DNA from: Hamiltosporidium tvaerminnensis FI-OER-3-3
Taxonomy: Eukaryota; Fungi; Microsporidia
Assembly: GCA_022605425.2 (NCBI GenBank)
Contig: CM061254.1
Coordinates: 1 to 64,000 of the forward strand
Length of the DNA: 64,000 nt
Reading direction: 5' to 3'
The notes under the pieces are model-generated. The model had not been told where the DNA came from. It did no database searches and worked only from the letters and a program-made list of their open reading frames with translations. A program made the position numbers and the translations under genes. Shown piece after piece: positions 8,040 through 22,037 of this stretch (the stretch's first letter is position 1; each line of letters opens with the position of its first letter).

Positions 8040-10520
8040 AAAATATTTAAATAAAATTTCTTTTTCCTACTTAAAAAGTTTTTTTAATCTTATTTTATTG
8101 TTTTATTATAATTTCAAATTTTTTATATCTTAATGTTAAATTAAAATTGTTTCCTATCTAAAACATTTTTTATATTTCTTGCAATAATACGTACCTCTTT
8201 TTTATTTTTTTTACACGAAAATTTGAATTTTTTTTATTAAGAACTTAATTTGAATTTTCATTAAAAGTTTTTACCTGATTTTTATATTATCTATTTTGTC
8301 CGTCATAGAAATATTGAACTTATGCTGGTATATGTGTTACACATAAGCTTTGTTTCTATTTAAGATAAATAGTGTTATACTCCAATTTCGTTTTTTTTAT
8401 TTACATGATACTATTTTTTATATTTAGGTATATAAATCAATTATTTACATGTCTCAAAAATATATTTGTTCGTTACCTAAGTCCTTAATTCGGAAAACTT
8501 TGGTTTTCCTATTTTTTAGTGAGCATTCTTGATGTTTTTCTTGGATTAAGTCTAATTGTATTTAAATTTAAATTTTTGATTTGAAAGCAATAAAATAAAA
8601 TATTTTAATGTATTTTACACTTACACTAACTAATTTTTTAGTTCAGACAATATTACATTAAACTTTAAATTTTACAAAACATAAATGGAAAAACCATATT
8701 TTATCTAATTATATTCTGATAGCCTGTATTCAGTTATGGAATCTTCTTAATTCGACATATAAATCTTTAAATTTGTAATATGTAAGGTCAATGGCCATTT
8801 TTCACTCTCTAAACTACCATTTTTCTTTTTATATGAACCTTCTAACATTTACGTAACTAATAATCTCTTTTGGCATATTTTTATATTTTAGTGCCTCTGG
8901 TTTGTTTTTAAAGTTAGAATTTCATTGGTTTTTTGTCTTTCTTAGATTTTCTATATAATATATACGTTTTTAAAAATTCGTTCTAAAAGTGTTTGCTAAA
9001 CCGAAGGTTTGAACAATCGTTATAAAGTCAGTATAGTCTAAATTGGTGCCTCGTAATTCAGTTTGTGTCGTTTTGCAATAGCTTAGATTTATATTCTTTT
9101 CTTTCTTAATCAGCTGTTATTTTTTTCTTAGAACTTTTAATTATTTTTATTTAGTTTTTACTTTATCTAATACATGGTTTACTTTATTTTTCAAAATTTT
9201 ATTTTTTTAAACTCTAGACTGGTTTTTTATAACAATTTTGTATTTTATAAGACGGTTCGAGTATGGTTTGAAAATTTGTTTTTAAAGAAGGTTTAAAGAA
9301 TGCCTAAACTTTCGTTGGTTTTAGGTGTTTGACATTCTTTTAAAATAATTTACTTTTCTTAAGAGTTTTTATGTGTTTTTTTTTAATTTTTTAAACTATT
9401 TTCTAAATTTATTAGAATGATTTTTACTTATTTACTGGAATTTTTTAGTTGTAAAGTTTTTTATTTCTTTTAACCTATACTTACAATTTTTTTAAGTTTT
9501 TTATATGTTTTTACGTGTTCTTTCCCGGTTTTTTACGTTTTCTCTTAAATTTAGCTGTTTTTTCGTGTTTTTTTACAGCTTTTGGAATTTCCTAAATTTT
9601 TTATTTTTTTTTTAAAACTTTTTAAATTTTCAATTTTATAATATTTAGAATTTTAGACTTCCTTTATGTTTTATCTACTTATTTATTGATCGGTATATCT
9701 TCCGAGTGTCTTTTAACGTATTAATAAGAATTTTTTTTGTAAAACTGTATACTAAATGAACAATTATTGGTTTTTTGACAAAAATTTGAAGATTTTTTTA
9801 AAAAATTATCATTTTTAGAATTATAGCTCGGTAAATTTAGAAAAATTACCCCCGTAAAATTATTAAAGCCTAAACCTTGTAAAAATTACTTTTAAACAGT
9901 GCAGGTTTAACATATAGAATTTATTATATATGTTATATATTACTTTACTTTATTTTATTTTGATTTTATCTTTTTAATAGAGCTAGAATTTTATTCTCGC
10001 TACGAAATTCGAAGAATTTCTTAAAAAAAAAATATTTTTGGAAAAAATATTTATGTTACCATTCTTAATTACTATTTTCTGTTTTTATTAAGGAAAAATT
10101 TTGGAAAAATTTTTTAAATACAGTAAATAAAAATATAGATTTGGAAGATTTATGTTTGGTTTAATAAATTTCGAATAACTTCCATCTTTCAACAAAAATT
10201 ACTGTAAACTCTTAATTAAGATTGAATTATCCTTTTTTATAACTTAAATTTTAAGTTCTTTACTCAAAAATAGAAAAGTTAAAGCAAATATTTGCAACTA
10301 AAGGTGATCTCTCTTTAAATTTAAAATATTGTAAGATTTTAACTTGATTCTGTATGTAATAGTAGTTATTTTTTGCTGGTTTAAATTTAATTTTTATTTT
10401 ATAAAAAATTACTTTTTATTTTTATATCCTATTAAATATGTTTTAAACTAACTGACAGCATTCATCTTTAAGGAAATTGAATAAAATATAAATCGTAATT
10501 CAAATAATGGTAAAAAACAT
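8040..10520 (-). pseudogene. Probable decayed coding region (unidentified)
   Basis: Strong T skew on + (A-rich minus strand), short protein-like open stretches, and a hydrophobic start MFFTII*ITIYILFNFL at 10520. Many stops; no family recognised. Confidence 0.25.
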
Positions 10521-11247
10521 ATGTTTTTTGACTATAGTAAAAATAGAAACTTATATTTTTATAAGTATTATTAATTTACCTAAAAAGGAAATACCTTTGT
10601 AAATCTGTAAATATCTTATAAATCTTACTTATATCTAGTTTTACCAACTTAAAAACCCTATAGAGAATTCAGTAATGAATTGTACTAATAAAATTTTGAT
10701 TCAAATTTAGGTTTGTTTACACAATTAAGGAAATTTTGGTTTTCGAAAAAAGTAAATTTAGTTTTGCATGTTTTGAGTTAAAAAGTTACATTTTCTTCAA
10801 ATTTTATTTTTTTTTAAAAAAAATTCGAAGAATGTTTTTTGTAGTATCAAATTTTTGTTGAAAAACTATTTATGTACGTCAATTTTGAAATAAATCAACA
10901 AACCTATAGATTATTATGTTTCTTTTCGAAGAAAAGAAAGCGAAGGCAAGTAATATAGACACTTTTTGTATATATTTAATAAATATTCGTGATAAAATTA
11001 TTATTTATCATTTAAGCTAAAGAAAATAAGTTATACGTACAAAAAATAAATAAATTTTTTATTTTTTCACTTGTTAGATACGGATCATAATGGTATTGTG
11101 GATATCTGACAGGTTAAAGCCTTTATTGATATACCTTGGAATTTTATTCTTTAATAAAATACAATTTATTGACTTTACTTTTCGAAAACCATATACTTAT
11201 TTTTTCTTTAATACTTTTACTTTTCCTATTTAATATATTTTGAATAA

Positions 11248-11435
11248 ATATTCTCAATGAGAATATCAAAAGTGTCTCTCTAATAAAGTTTAAGTATAAT
11301 TGAGATTCTCGAAGAGAATATCAGAATTGAAGTTCATTTAAAAGACATAGGAGGGATATTCTCGAAGAGAATATTAGAATTGTATTATATTTAATGTATT
11401 ATTAATGTATATTTTCGAAGAGAATATCGGAAATG
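11248..11435. repeat. Four palindromic ~27-bp repeats with unique 26-28 bp spacers (period 53-55 bp)
   Basis: Consensus ATATTCTCGAAGAGAATATCAGAATTG at 11248, 11303, 11356 and 11409. Confidence 0.8.
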
Positions 11436-11797
11436 CAAAACTTTTTTAATTTTTATTATTTAAAATGATTTTACATTATTATTTTTTTTGATTAAGCAAT
11501 GACATAGGTAAAAGAAATTTAAAGAAATTTAGAAAGAATTTATTTGTCTATGTGAATTCATGAAATGATATTTTTGAAGATAGTAAAATATTTTTATAGG
11601 CGAGTTTTGTTTTAATTAGGTAAAATATGATTTGTAGGGTATTTATTTTTTTACAATATATTTAGCCTCTCTCTTAGAGATGAGTAAGTTAATAGAGATC
11701 TTATCAAGCTTTAGGAACGTATCATTATTATCTAAAAATTTGCAATTGGTTTAAAAAAAAAATATAAAAATATAAATATAGGTGAATTTTTAATATC

Positions 11798-12230
11798 GTG
11801 GCATCTTCTACTGTGGTACTCTTACTATGTCTATGGGTTAGGGATTATCTATCTCTTAGTAATAATCCTCCGATACCCTGATATATTTCTTTTTCACCAT
11901 ACTAATGTAGAAGCCATGAAACGCATGCCACAAATACGGAACGATTTCGTTCTTACTCTAATATTCGCAGCTGAATGTGCTTTTACTCTTACTATCTACG
12001 CTGATATGGTTTGTTAAAGGGCTTATGTAAGATTATTTGCATAAGTCTGGACATAAATACATAGGGTAGTAAAAAACTAACTCGTTCGATCTCGTATAAC
12101 AGTCGATTTTACTGCAATAAGTGAATTTATTCACTTATGAAAATGTTGATATATAATCGTATTAACATCAATACCTGTTTTACAGTATCTCTAAGGCAAT
12201 GAGCTCGATAACGGGACAATATTGCCTATT
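11798..12230 (+). ncRNA. Candidate structured non-coding region
   Basis: Nested stems 11798-11817/11896-11931 and hairpins at 12019-12048, 12117-12138, 12143-12168 and 12195-12226. The mismatches are G-U on the + strand. Confidence 0.4.
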
Positions 12231-12350
12231 TAGATGGAATACTTTTTTAAAGAATGTATATAAAGCAAGCATTTTTAGATTTAAAAACTTATAATACAAT
12301 AGGGCCTCTTCTATATGAAACTAAATAGAAATTTCGAATTATCTATTTAT

Positions 12351-12488
12351 CCCTAATCTTACCAACCTAACTTGCTCTTTGTGTATCTAACCCTCTCCTA
12401 ATAAACCTCAAATCAAAATCAAATATTGTATATGTCTTTGGAAAAACTAATTTCCGTTTAAATAAATGTGTTCGCCCTAACCCCTAAC
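12351..12488 (+). repeat. Degenerate interstitial telomere-like hexamers
   Basis: CCCTAA at 12351, CTAACCCT at 12387, CCCTAACCCCTAAC at 12475-12488. Confidence 0.5.
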
Positions 12489-15066
12489 TATTTTAAGAAT
12501 CCAAATGATGTATGGATTTACCAAAAGTTTACTCATTAGTAAAAAAACAAAAATTCTCAATTTTTAAATACATTTAGCTTTATTGAAGATTGAAAAAGTA
12601 GGGAATCTAATTTTTCTGCTAAATATTTTTTTTAAATTTTAGTGTTAAATATTGACCAAATTGATATTCTACAATCTTAAATCTCTTTTTCTTTATTCAA
12701 TTTTATTTTGAGTCTAAAATACAAATATTTTGTTCGAGAATGAATCGACATTATTAGCACAACGTGAAGTAACCACAATAATAATTTCAATCTGAAACAT
12801 AAATCAAATATATTTTCAATATTATTTATACAAACTATTTATCTGAGATTATAATTTATTTTGATGAGTCGCTTTGAGTGCTTACGAGAGATTCTCCAAG
12901 GACTTTTATGTTTTTTTCTAATATTGTGTCTTTTTTATAGGTTTGTGCTCAGCCAATTTTTTCTGTGCAAACTCGAAATGATATTTTATAAATAACATAG
13001 GATAGGTCGTTGGAATATATCTTGAAAATTGTAAGAAACAATTTCATTTAAGAATGGGCTTTGAAATTTAAATCAAATCAGTATTTTCGCAATATTTGGA
13101 ACTTCTGAGTTTAGTCTGGCTAATTTGGCAAGAGAACTACTTTGAGAACGTACTATCTTTTGTTCAAATATACATCGAAGCCCTATAGGTTTATTTTTTA
13201 CATGCTTATTAGATAACGAGTTTTGAAGACACTTTGGGCAAATTTTGAAAAAATTTGTGATTTAGAAAATCTTAAATAGAACATTGACTAAAAAGAATGC
13301 AAAAATAAAAAAAATATAGATGGTGCAGAAAGATTAAATGCTCATTTGAACTAAATAAAAAGAGTTAAAATAAAATATCGTTTTAAAAACATTTCGTTGT
13401 ACAATTTTGTATTGGAAATATTTTTTTTGCCTCTGTACTGATACAATTTTATAATATTACAATTTTCAATTGCATTTTTGTCGATTATAATGACTTCGAG
13501 TGTTTTTTTAAGGTGGACAAAACTAAGATGCATTAATTCTCTCGCTTATAAAAAAAAATATTTAGAACGATTAATGCTTAATAGATTTCAGAAGTTTTAT
13601 TTGAATTTTAAGTTATATTACAAGTATATAAGAAAAAACGATTATAATGTTAACATTTGGACGTTGAGTCTATAGTAAGAATTTTTGTTTGAGAAGAACT
13701 AAATTACGCCTTTGTTTTTTCAAAGTCAAAGGTCACTCAATAAAGTTTTTGTGAGCTTGTATAATTTTGAAGTTTACCTTCTAGAGTTTTTATTTTACGT
13801 ACAATTTGATTTATTTGTGTAAATAAATTATATCTAAATCGCAAAAATAAAATACTCTTTTTATCAAGATTCTGTAATTAAGGCGGAAACAATTCAGTAA
13901 AAAAAAATATTTATGTTAGGTATCAATTCCGAATCTAAAGATTTAGTTTACATTGAATAAAATTATATATTGCTTGTTCATATACATAAATTTTCTTGTT
14001 TAGGTTCGCGTATTTAAATTGAAGATTTGAAATTTTTATTGCTGTTGCTTTAAAATTCATTTAAATGTGTTTCTGAATTAGGTTCGAATGTTGTATCAAC
14101 TATCATCTGATTAATCAATTTAAATATAATTTTTTGATTATTTGTCAATAAGCGTTTGTTCTTTTTTTCTAACCTCCAAAAGAAATCTAAACCTAAGGAA
14201 TTTAGAAAATAAAGAGTTTGAGTAAGACAATTGCTTCATCTGAATTGAATGCTTAGGGGTAGAGTATGATTCTTTCAGACTTAATCATATTTAGTTTTTT
14301 TATTTACTAAAGTATTGCAAAAACCAGCTTGGATAAACAAATTTTAACCTTTATTCAAATTTCTTCAAGGATATACAATTTTTTTCAATTTCACTACTTA
14401 CACCTTGGTATGTAACATATTAAATATTTAAATAACTAACCGAACTATGCTCGACAATAATAAAACGTTTAAATTGAACATTATACTGATATGATATCCG
14501 TAAAATGTAACTACAAATTCTGATTTTCAGTTTCTGAAATACGCATAAATATTTGTGTAAGTTTTTGTTTTTTATCACAAAATTATTTTATAAAAGCTAT
14601 TTCAATCTATATCTTATTGTAAAATTAAACGGAATATCTGTTTAATTTTAATGGTTTATGGTTGGAAATTTAATTAAAAAAACCCAAAAGTATTTATTAG
14701 TGTGTTTTTTATTTCTTAAATAATAACTCTTCTTGTAAATTGTTCTTATTTAAGTTCATTTGAAAAGCTATATTATTTTTTGCATTTTTAATAATTTAAA
14801 ATAATTGCTAACGGAATTAAATTTAGAATATTATTTTTAAAACTTCCGCCACGCAAAACGCTGAGCAAATAGTAAAAAGAATTAAATACTTGCAGTAAAG
14901 ATACTCATAATAATTGGATATTGAAAGTATTGATTGTCTATGAATTAATACTTGCAATATATTAAATTTCTTTTGTAGAATATTATTCTTAGAAGTCAGA
15001 AAAAAAATATTTGATTCAGATTAAAGTTAATAAAAGATATGAACAGTAAAAAATTCTTTAATCTAT

Positions 15067-15729
15067 AAAATATTACATAGTATCAAAAAATAGTTGGGAG
15101 TGTTTCTTTATTTCATGATTCAATGTGATTCTAGGTTTAAATAAATAACTGCTAACATCAACACTCTTTTGGTACCCCTTAATAACTTACACCTCAAAGC
15201 CTTTCATTTAAAAAGTGAGCAAAATGACATTAATGGCCGAGGAAGGTGTCTGAAGTGTGATCTTAAGTGGAAGCCAATCTTAGACTACCCAATGATTATG
15301 CAATATTCGAAATACTCTACATTCTCTGAATCTAATGAACTTCTGGTTAAGACATATTTTATGCCTTACATAGATTACACAGATGTGCGACGCCAAGCCG
15401 ACGGGTATATCCGCTACTTAGCTTTTCCTTCTTTAAAGGGTTTTTTTATTGCTAAGTCTTCAAACTCGAGTGAACAAGCCTAGGTTTCGATGCTTTTACT
15501 CGCAATTACCTAGGAATTCGGTTTCGGCCAAGTTACATAAAAACTACAAAATGGATTTGTATAAAAAGTTTCTAAGTTTACTAGACCTTCTTCTGCGAAT
15601 ACAAATCCGAAGGAACAACTAAAATTCTAGTGTGGGTTGATTTTCACAAAAAAATATAACATTGATCTTATTAATTCCATATAGTCATTGCTAAGTAAAA
15701 AGTTTTTTAGGTGGTTATCTTTTCTCCAC
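15067..15729 (-). mobile_element. Family A non-coding interspersed element (diverged copy)
   Basis: Collinear blocks shared with 38217-38943 (CAAAGCCTTTCATTT, TACTCTACA, GCTAAGTCTTC, GTTACATAAAAACTACAAA, GTGGTTATC). Confidence 0.8.
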
Positions 15730-17734
15730 GCTTCTTCATTAATATTTCATATAAAATCGCAAATCAATAGAATTTAACATTTAAAAATTTTGCGTTATTC
15801 TTTATTTTTTTGTGCTATAATAACGAATCATCATAAGCTGATTTCAGTTAAGTTTTGGATTTAACCATTTTGAAGATAATCGATAAAATTTTATTTTTAC
15901 CTCTGAAATTTATTGAAAAATGAATTTATTAAATCTAAAAGTGTTTTTGCTCTTTTGAAAGTTATATATTAAAATATTTAATGGGATAAGTCTCTCATAA
16001 ATACTACTTGTTCTGAAAGTTTACAATTTTTTAGGACATCTTTGTTGTCAAATCATGAAAATCATAGAAAATAGCAGTAAAAATAAAAACTTAGGTGCTT
16101 TGAGGATTTAGAAAACAAAACACTTCTAGAATTTAAAATATTTGCCCTTCATATGAAATGAAAAATTATTTTACAAATTTCTTGTATTGTGGTATATTAT
16201 TAACATCCAAATTTGAATATTAAGTCTTGATATTGCTTATATTTCAAAATAAGTCTATATTGCATATAGTATTTGTAAATTAAATAGTTATTCTACAACT
16301 AAAGTGAAAGAAAAGTCGTGTATAAAATTATTTTAAGTATGAAAGGGCGATTATGTGTCGTATTAGGAAATATTAGATGCGTTGAACTCCTTGGACTATT
16401 TAAAAAAAAAATATTGAAATTTTTAGAGAGCTAAGTGAGCTCGAATATGAAACCTGTAAATAAAATACATATCACATTTAGAATAAGACTAAGGTCTTGG
16501 AATTTAGGAAATCTTGTTATATGTAAAAAAAATTGACAAGAAAATCTAACTATGCAATAAAAAGCAGGAATCCTACAATGAAATTTCTATAAAATTACTT
16601 TACTGTTTTATGTGTATACGATACTTTCAATATAGATAAATAAATATAGTTCTAACCGAAATTTTTTTCAGCTATATTATAGAAAATTTATTAAATTGTA
16701 AACGAAGCATACCATTTGTAAATCTCAATAAATTATATAATTTATTTTTCGATCCGATATAAAAAAAAATCTTTAAACAGTTAGACTGGACTTTATTTGG
16801 TTTAAATGCCCCCAGAACTACTTCATTTTTATAACGGTCTATTCAAAATTTATAACGAACTATAAATTATATTTTTAAAGAAGTTCTTGAAAATCCGCAA
16901 GCAAAACATAACAAAAAAGATAAAACTTGGTCTAGAAACATGATATTCGGCACAGATATGTATTTTTTGGTAAAAAATTTAGTAAAAAAGCATATTAAAG
17001 TCAGAATCACTCCACGGGATTTGCTTTAAATTAGGCAAACAAAAAATTTACGCAAATGATTTGTGGCCAGAGAAACTTGATTTTATTATAAAGTTAGGTT
17101 GACTTATTTCTTATATTTTATTTCAAAATGGTTTATTAGCTGATATAATAAAAAATATATTTGATGTATGATGTCGCTGTTAGAATATAGGCGGTCATCA
17201 AGTCGATTTTACTTTAAGATACAATTGAAGTTTCTTATTTTATTCAAAGGAGAGGAGCTATGGTAAACAAAATATAAATCCAGTTTTAAAGAAAGCATAA
17301 CGAGGGATAGATGTAGGAAATATAAACACAGTGGATGTAGTTTTAATTTAAAATATTTTCAAGGATGTTTTAGTTTATTCTTCGAATATTCTATTTAAAT
17401 CATTAATTAAAGATTGAATGAAAATGAAAAAAATTTCAAACCAAAATATAAAAATCAGTCGAACCATAATGAAGCTAGCTGTATGGAAGTGGAAAAAATC
17501 AAATAAATTAGAAAATTTTTAACAACCAACTAGTCTAAAATCCAAAAAATTGTGACAAATTAATATTATTTGGTTTTAAGTTTTAATATATATTGATGAA
17601 ACTAAAATTTTACAAAGAACATATCAGAACAGTTATCTTTATACAAAAAACAAAAATTTTCCTAAAAACCTCTAAATGAATATTTTTTGAGGTCATATTA
17701 GACATAATAAACTTAAATTATAGAAAATCAAATA

Positions 17735-18690
17735 TTTCTATTTTCATTTCGACATATTTTCCCCATAAACTTCTTCCAGGGCTTTAATGAAAATTTTTTA
17801 GCCACACTTTTAAGTTAGGTTTGAAATTTTTAGAAAGCATTGAAATCGTTCGAATCATTAACTAAGTCAACTCTAACACCAGACCTATCAAATCTTCCAG
17901 ATCGACCTACACGATGAATATAAGTTTCCACCTTTGGTATTCCTTTAACTATTGGAAGATCAAAATTTATAATTAGGTTTACCTGTGAAATATCCATTCC
18001 TCGTAAAAATTTATTTGTTGAAATCAACGTAAGAGCCTTTGCAGTTCTAAAATCATGCTCTAACTTTTTCTTATGCTGCCTTTTAATATCCCCATGAAGA
18101 CATGCTTTTTCATGAAGATCAGCCCCTAATTCTTTTCTTAAAACCTCAACCATATGTTTGGTTGCAACAAAAATTATAGACTGCCCTACTCTTAAATATT
18201 CATATGAAGATTTTATTGCTTTCATTTTTTTTCTTTTCTCTCAGTTTCTAAATAATATGGTTTTATTTCTTCGGGTTTTAAATTTTCCTTTTCATACATA
18301 CAAATGGCTTCCGGCCAAAAATTTTTAATCACTTTTTCAAACGTGGATAGAAAGTAGCAGAGAAAATATTTTTCTTGATTTTTATGACATTTTTAAAATT
18401 CTATATGCATGAGAACCAATACCATCTAAAACCGCATCCGCCTCATCAATAACTATAATTTTAACTGTTGGAGCTTTTTTATTATCCATGCTACATAACT
18501 TCAAAATACCACCCGGACTTCCAACAATAATTTCTTGATTCCCATATTCTACATCCGGTTTTACAATAAAAACTTATAATTTTGGCTCTAAAAGTTTAGC
18601 AATCACACCAAAAACCAGTTGCTTCAAAACTCTTGTTGTTGTCGGGTTACTGCTTGCAAACTACGTTTAGAAACACATTTTTGAAGAAGA
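17735..18690 (-). pseudogene. DBP5: DEAD-box RNA helicase Dbp5/DDX19-like, frameshifted pseudogene
   Basis: Minus-strand fragments in different frames: IIVGSPG, VIDEAD (18436-18447), FSATF, VGQSIIFV, LHG, STN..RGMD, NFDLP, YIHRVGRSGRF. The N-terminal Q/Walker A region was not found. Confidence 0.8.
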
Positions 18691-19688
18691 AAACCTACGG
18701 TGTGTTGTTTTATTAGTTTCGATTTTTTAAGTACCGCTAAATTATCTCTTTTAAAATAGATTTTTTCTTCAAAATTAGATTATATTTGTATTTTAATATC
18801 CTATTTAACAAATGTAATTAAGCAAATTCTTATTTATTTGATTACTTAGAATCTTTATCCAACTATTACATTCTGATTCTTCAATATTTTAATTTCCTAA
18901 TTATTTAAACCAGCTTGTATATATCATTTTATTTTTTTGATAATTCTTTAAAAAAATTATTAACTACTTCTTGGTTAGAATATTCATTTTTCATATTTCT
19001 GGGTGAAAAGGATTTACTCAAAAAAATATTTAAAAAAACCCTTTTTTATAAAATTTTCATAGCAGTTAATTTATTTTTACGGCATTATGTAAAAGCCTGC
19101 TATGCATTATTTAAAGCTGCATTTTTATTATTTTTATAATTCCATAATCTTGTAAATATTTTTTAATTATTTTAGTATTTATTCTTAAGATATGAATTAG
19201 AAGTGAAAGAATTACAATTTATATTTTAATTACTTTATTGTCAGTTTATTTTTTTAATTGAATTTTTCTTAAATAATTTAAAATCTCGAAATAGAAAACA
19301 TATTTTTTTTAATTAAAAATCAAAAATGTGTTACAATATCTAAGGTTTCTAATGATTAATATTTTAAGAAATGGCTTCTGTTTATAACTTAAATGTATTT
19401 AAATACAGGCTAACATAGAAAAATTCAGATGTTTGAAAATATATTGTTTTTTCCTTATCAATCAACTAATTTAAGTTCATATGTTGCATGCTGCGATGCT
19501 TCAAATACAAAATTTTTCTGTAAAGGAATATTTAAATTAATTCTGGCAAACTATATTAAAATAAATGTTTTTCATATAAAGACCTATTAAATCTCATTTT
19601 TTGATAGTTTTTTATAATTATATAGAAATTCTTCATTAAAAAAAACATTGGCGTATATTCGCTATTTTTATATTTAAATACCTCTTTT

Positions 19689-19907
19689 ATGATCACCACT
19701 ATAGCCTTGTACGAGCCTTAGCTGCTCTCTGTAATATTGCTCACCGGTCTTTTTTCAGTTGGTTTATTTACATTTTTGGGTTTAATAACAAGGTGGTTTT
19801 AAAGGGTTGGTTGTTAGCCCTACGCCTAACCTCAACCTGGAAAAACAGATCCTTCTAAGACAAGCAGAATATACACCAAACCAATTCTACTCCCGGTATG
19901 GTGGAAA
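19689..19907 (-). mobile_element. Family B short RTE-like non-autonomous retroelement (internally shortened copy)
   Basis: Homologous to 45491-45724 (GTTGTTAGCCCTACGCCTAACCTCAACCTGGA; CACTATAGCC). Confidence 0.85.
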
Positions 19908-22037
19908 AAAATTAATTCCACCATTTTAAATTACAAAACCATTTTTATAATATACGTATAATAATGTTTTTGATCTTTAAAACCAGTTTTTTGTGTATAT
20001 TCTACACATATAGAAGCCAGGTGTTTTTTTCGGTATTCAGAAAGATATTTGTTACCTATTAATTAGGATATTTTTACCGTATAATTTACGAATGTCAATA
20101 GTGAAACTGAAGAAAAAAGCATTGCAAATGCAAACCCATAATTATTTTTAAATTCGAAAAATATAGGTCACTAAAAACAACATAGACATATTCATATTTT
20201 ACTTTATTAACTAATATCCGGTAGATTTAATAAAAATATTTAATCCAACATATAAATTACATAGAACGGAATATATATATATCATTTTCTAATTTATATG
20301 AATTTAATAAGACATCTCGATTTCTAAATTTAAAACAACAAAATAATAAAATTTAAATTATATTTGAAATTTGATTTAAATGTTCGATAACTACCTAGAT
20401 TAAATCTATCTTTATATTTTAATATAGAAGCTTTGTATATTACGGGTTATTTAAAAATTTATTTATAAAGCGACATATAAACAAATAAATCAATTTAAAA
20501 ATAAAAAGATAAAAAATGTATCGAAAATTGATATTAAAAAACAAGGCAATATTATACTTAAAATTCTTATTTGATTAATGTTATTTTAGGGAGTCGTGTT
20601 GATACTTTTAAATTTTTTTTACATAATAAAAATTTAATAAAATTTTAATTAAGATGCTATCATACTTTGAAATATGTCTGAGAAAAATATTGCATTTATT
20701 TTAATATATGTAATTAATCAAGATAAGAAAATGAAGCTAGGGCTGTGTATATCAATAAAGAAATACTACTTTGATGAGGAAATAGAACACCAGTACAAGT
20801 AATATAGGTATATTTATAATTGTTAAAAGAAATTTTATTCACTTCTTAAACTTAATAAATATTTTTTGGCTCTGAAAAATGGTGTGGATGTTACGATTTA
20901 TTTTACGGGTCAATTTCCTATTTTGAATTTAGGCGATACTACTTTTGGCTTGAAAATATCATGGTTTTGGTTTGCTTGTCCAGTTGTTATATTCTATGCA
21001 AAGCGTATAAATATTTAAAAGTTGGGAAAAGTTTTCTATTTTGTGGCTTTAATTAAATTATATTTAAAATCGGGAAAAAGAAAATCAAAATTTATATAAA
21101 ACGATTATATTTTTCGTTTTTGTTTTTTCATACATCAAAAATGAAAAATTTGTTGTACCTTAAAGGATATTTTTTTTAGAACCTAGAATTTGTATGCTAT
21201 GTAATTTATAGCTTCTGAAAAAGAAGATTATTGAGCAAGATGCTGCTTTGTTTATAAACTCAGATAAAAATAAATTTATTTCAGATAATATTTTTTTAAA
21301 TTAAATCAATGCTCCTTTTTCTTAGATCTAACTTTATTTGGTGTCGAATTAAATTTTTGCAGCAAATGTAGAAATGGAAATATTCACATCATATTTGTTC
21401 ATTACTGAAAAAATATATTGTGGAATACACAATATTTTTAAATGATTTTTTATTCAAGTATCATTATGCTTAACCAAAAATAAAACCTTCAGCACATATA
21501 ATAGAATACATCGATCCTTGGAAAACGGATAAAACTTGGTTGGACATTAAATTCATTTTAGTTCGAGAAATTTGTCAAATATTATATATAAAGATGTTTT
21601 TATGCATTAAAAATAATTTTATTCATGGTTTATGTATTAATATTAAGATTCTACCGAACTGAATATTTTTCGACAATTTTTTGAAGTTAATCTGAAATAG
21701 CTTTTTCAAACCATTAACTCTACAAGTAAGCTGTTGCATAAAATAATAATACTTATTCTATGTATATTTAAATAGGATTTATAAAAGCCTTAATAAATAT
21801 CTCGATAACGACGAATCATTAAATTAAAAAATAAAAATTGCATAACTTCTACTTTAAGTAAAAAAAATTTTAATTCAAGAAAGAAAAAATTAAAAGAGCT
21901 TGATTTTAATAATTAAGCTGGTAACCGATTTTCTTAGAAAATACTAGATTTTATTTTTATTAAAAAATTAAGAATAAAGTAAACATAGCAAGTATTTACC
22001 ATATTTTAGCAATGATTATGTCATAATGAAAAGAAGA

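Noticed and set aside
8040-11200. Idea that this tract is a mirrored (complemented but not reversed) segment, or an inverted third LINE copy
   Set aside because: Its trinucleotide bias is also present in the genuine RT ORFs. Only one weak peptide resemblance was seen (RGTNLDYT versus PRTNLRYT near 8980-9070), and no RT core motifs were found in any reading.
11248-11435. True CRISPR array
   Set aside because: Eukaryotic context, no cas genes, and only four imperfect repeats.
15169-15483. ORFs inside repeat families (also 33292, 38665, 45516, 53257)
   Set aside because: The frames are not conserved between copies; similarity is at nucleotide level only.
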